Assembly (NCBI GenBank): GCA_950097015.1
Contig: CATNEN010000007.1
Location: 3,596,001-3,660,000 of the forward strand
Source: Macrostomum hystrix
Taxonomy: Eukaryota; Animalia; Platyhelminthes
Length of the DNA: 64,000 bases
Direction: 5' to 3'
This document shows, piece after piece, positions 60,786 to 64,000 of this stretch. Position 1 is the first letter of the stretch. Each line of letters starts with the position of its first letter. Both the position numbers and the translations under genes were made by a program. The notes below the pieces were generated by a model, which was given only the letters and a program-made list of their open reading frames with translations, had not been told where the DNA came from and searched no databases.

Positions 60786-61500
60786 CCTGTTCTCAATCTC
60801 CGACTCGACCTGAGCGTCAGTGAACAGCAGCAGGCGGCACAGTCGTGACCTCCTGTTGTACAGCGCGCGTCTGCAGTTCACGTCTAGACCAGCTGCAGTC
60901 ACGCAGCTGACAGCGCTCGGCATGCCGTACAGGTCTTTGTAGCAGTACTCGGAGCTCGGGTTGTAGCTGGTCCTGTTGAATGCAACTCGCTTCCAGGAGG
61001 CCGTTCGAACTTTCAGGGCATACTGACTCATCGGTCTGAAGTCGCACATGTATCCATGGAGCTTTTCTGAGCAATATGTATTGGCCAGTTTTCCCGAACC
61101 CTGTGAAGGGAACAGAAGCAGGCAGTCCTGCGAGGCAAAGTCTGGATCTATAGTGAGCCAGAGCGAGCTATCTCCACAACGGAAGAATTCCGTTGTCTTT
61201 TATTAGCAGCCAGCCGGCTCTAGAGGTCCCTCGCTCATCGGGAAGGTCGGAGGACGCTCCAATCCATAAGTTTTGGCTGACAGATTGGCCTTTCAAAGAG
61301 CCGTACATATTTGCCAGCTCACCTCCAAGCGCTGAGCACTCCAAATTGGCCTCACACCATGAGTACGATTGAGCAATTTGATTAAACCGGCACTGACCAG
61401 ACGAGTCGGTGAACGGACTCGGACAAGGCAATTGAGCCTTGGTTGTCGGCAGAGTTAGTAGCAGCTGTAACACCAGGTACGTCCGGGCTCTTGGCTTCAT
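60726..61500 (-). pseudogene. C-type lectin-like + PAN/apple-like secreted protein, copy A (+1 frameshift near 61178)
   Basis: Signal peptide; SWCEANLECSALGGEL; LWIG; after a 1-nt shift, QDCLLL...YCSEKLHGYMCDF; then SAVSCVTAAGLDVNCRRALYNRRSRLC. Clearly paralogous to copy B. The lesion could be a sequencing error. Confidence 0.7.
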
Positions 61501-62625
61501 CCGACCGATGATTTTAAGGTAAAAGTGTAAATCCAAGGCTATCTTCTTTTCTATTATGCTGCAATGTTTATTATTGTCTCGCTTCCAACTCGCGCACAAG
61601 GCTCTTCCAGGAAGAAATGCACCCTCACCTTCACTTTCCACCAAACCAGCAGGGTTTTTTCAGTAAAGGCAGATTTTAATGTTCAAAGTAATATAATTGA
61701 ATTAAGTGGGTCTAATATTAAAAGCATCGAACTAATAGCTAATGGGTGCCTCCCAATTGATCCCAATGCGTCCATCACAGTCGCTTTTAACCAGACTTTC
61801 CTTCTTAGCCGCTGGATTGACATCCACTTGAGGTAAATTTGGCTGAGTGCTATTTTCCCCGCACGAGCGTACGAGTAGTATCCATGAGCGTGAAAAAGGC
61901 TTCCGTGAGTGATTGCTAAACAGGTCAAGTGTCTGTCGCAATGAGGATTTTTTGAAAAAAAATATCGGAATCCGCAAAAACCTAAACGCGAGAACCTAAA
62001 CCGAATGACCGATTTTCGTCAAAGTCCACCATGGATCAACATTTTCCACCTTATAACAGCCGACATGGTCATAGGATGAAATTTTGTGAGCAGAAAAATG
62101 ATGCCTATATTGTTGGTTTTTGCCACCAGACACACCGACGAGAAACGTTGAATGTCTCGATGATGACGAGTTTTGTGATTCTGGAAGTTGTTTTTATCGG
62201 ATAGAGTGGAAATTTTGGCCCGTGATCTGGATTTCTGTTTTGATTATCTTGGGAGATACAGAAGGGAGACAAATGTGGGTATTTGAAATACCCCATGGTC
62301 TTTCTACTATCAAGTAACTCAAGTAGGAAATTAATTTCGGGGTTCGTAGAAAGTCTGGAGAATCCGATCTAAAGACTCTTAGGAAGTTCGAACCGCAATT
62401 GTTTTTAAATCCATCACTTTCGCATCAGATTAACAAAAAGACAATACGGTGCTGCCAGGTTCGACCATAGATTCTCCGCAATTTAATGTACTCTAAAATC
62501 AGTTTGCGATTTACGACATCCCAGACATCTTGACAGTCGCATTGTTCCTATAGCTTATAGTTTGATTAAAATGTTTATTTCATTATTTTCACTGTGAAAC
62601 ATTGCAAGGACTATGCAGTCCTCTC

Positions 62626-63360
62626 TCACACGAAGCTGAACTTCGCCCAGTCCTCGCTGTTCTCGATCTTAGATTCGACCTGAGCGTCAGTGAACAGCAG
62701 CAGGCAGCACAGCCGCGACTTCTTGTTGTACAGCGCGCGTCTGCTGTTCGCGTCTCGACCAGCCACAGCCACGCAGTTGACAGCGCTCGGCATGCTGTGC
62801 AGGTCTTTGTCGCAGTACTCGGAGCTCGGGTTGTAGCTGGTCCTCTTGAACGCTACTCGCTTCCAAGCTTTTGACTTCAAGTTGCTGACAGATCCGATCA
62901 CAGGCTTGAACTCGCAGAGGTAACCAAAGCCAAGATCACAGTTACTGTTTTTCAGGCCTCCAGGATTTTCTGCATTGATAATTCGCACGCAGTCCTGGGC
63001 TTCTAGATCTGGTTTGTTTCGGTACCAAATGGTGTCATTAAAGGTCAGAATACCTTTGTCATTGATGAGCTACCAGCCTGACTTGTTATCGACTCGCTCA
63101 TTGGCAAGATCCGATACACCAATCCACAGGCTTGGGTTGGAATGTCGTCCTATTATCGAGTCAAACGCATTGTCCAGCTCGCCTCCACGCAATGCACAAT
63201 GCAAGTTGGCCTCGCACCACGAAAATGTAGGCGACGTGTTGTTGTACAGCCAGGATCCAGATGAGCTCGCGCTAAACGGATTCGGACACACCGACTCAGC
63301 AGGCACTGATGACAACAGAGCAGAAATCAGGTGGATCAGTGACACCGCCCAGAACTCCAT
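62626..63360 (-). pseudogene. C-type lectin-like + PAN/apple-like secreted protein, copy B (single in-frame TAG at 63070-63072)
   Basis: ORFs 63070-63378 and 62626-62988 are in the same frame, separated only by TAG after SGW. Motifs: SWCEANLHCALRGGEL, LWIGVSD, QDCV, CDLGFGYLCEF. Confidence 0.75.
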
Positions 63361-64000
63361 CTCTCTAGCACCTGTCAATATTAGGTTGGGACTATCCTTT
63401 CCGAGCCGCAGCTTGTGCGTGCATCCATAATCTTTTCTATTCTACTAAGCAAGCATTGGTCTGTCGCTGCTTGCTCAGGGGAGTGTCGCTTCTCTCAGCT
63501 CAGGAACCGTTCAGCTCAGAAAGGAAATTAACGCAAATGAAAGCTGCAGCGTTAAACGTCAATTGTATTCTTCTCGGCCTGTCAAGTAAGTGTGGCTTGG
63601 CTTGAAATGAAGCTGAATGTTTAACGTTTCCGATGTATTGTTTCAGAAAATGGGAAATAACAAATCGACTTTCATAACACGCAACCTATTGATCGATCTC
63701 TCCGAATCGAATCGAAGCAGGTCTTTGTCAAAGATTCTCAACTAACCTGGCCTAGACATTTTTCTCTTAACGGCAAGATCAGACACCATGATTCACTAAT
63801 CTTCATTATCAGATAATAGTTTCTTCTATGAGTTGAAACTATTGGCCAGCCCGCCTCCCGTCGATTGGGTCGCACCACAAGTTCTGAATGTTCTCATTTG
63901 AGTTCTTGTACAGGAGCAGACGACTGAGCTTGCACTGAACTCACAATCTGCGGTACAGTATCGAGCGAGTGGAATGTAGTTTAGAGCAGTGTTTTTGCCT

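Noticed and set aside
63070-63072. Selenocysteine recoding in lectin B
   Set aside because: The codon is TAG, not TGA, and no SECIS-like element is evident.

Overview
Eukaryotic (animal) genomic DNA with GT-AG introns, SINEs and intron-filling minisatellites. The style suggests a free-living flatworm such as Macrostomum, but this is inference and was not verified. Hand-spliced gene models: importin-alpha (minus, 4 exons, 567 aa); a highly divergent annexin-like gene (minus); a 2-exon class A GPCR (minus); an ankyrin-repeat + STE-like kinase (minus); laminin gamma chain (plus, 15 exons, about 1678 aa); an ER-type JmjC/EF-hand/KDEL protein (minus, 6 exons, 486 aa); and two tandem C-type lectin + PAN-like genes, each carrying a disabling lesion. 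The main feature is a roughly 13 kb putative tyrosine-recombinase (Crypton-like) element at about 26155-39224. It has (TG)n on both sides and paired inverted subterminal motifs. Its gene splices into one open frame of about 2180 aa through six tandemly duplicated phase-1 intron+exon cassettes, each holding a variable number of 99-bp repeats. Other elements: a tRNA-derived SINE family (7 copies), a CORE-SINE and a solo LTR each nested in a SINE with clear target-site duplications, a hAT-like non-autonomous element inflated by a purine-rich satellite, a long-TIR MITE, a perfect 49-bp-arm hairpin, and a minisatellite born from a lectin stop-codon region. All coordinates and splice models were read by eye; no database searches were run.
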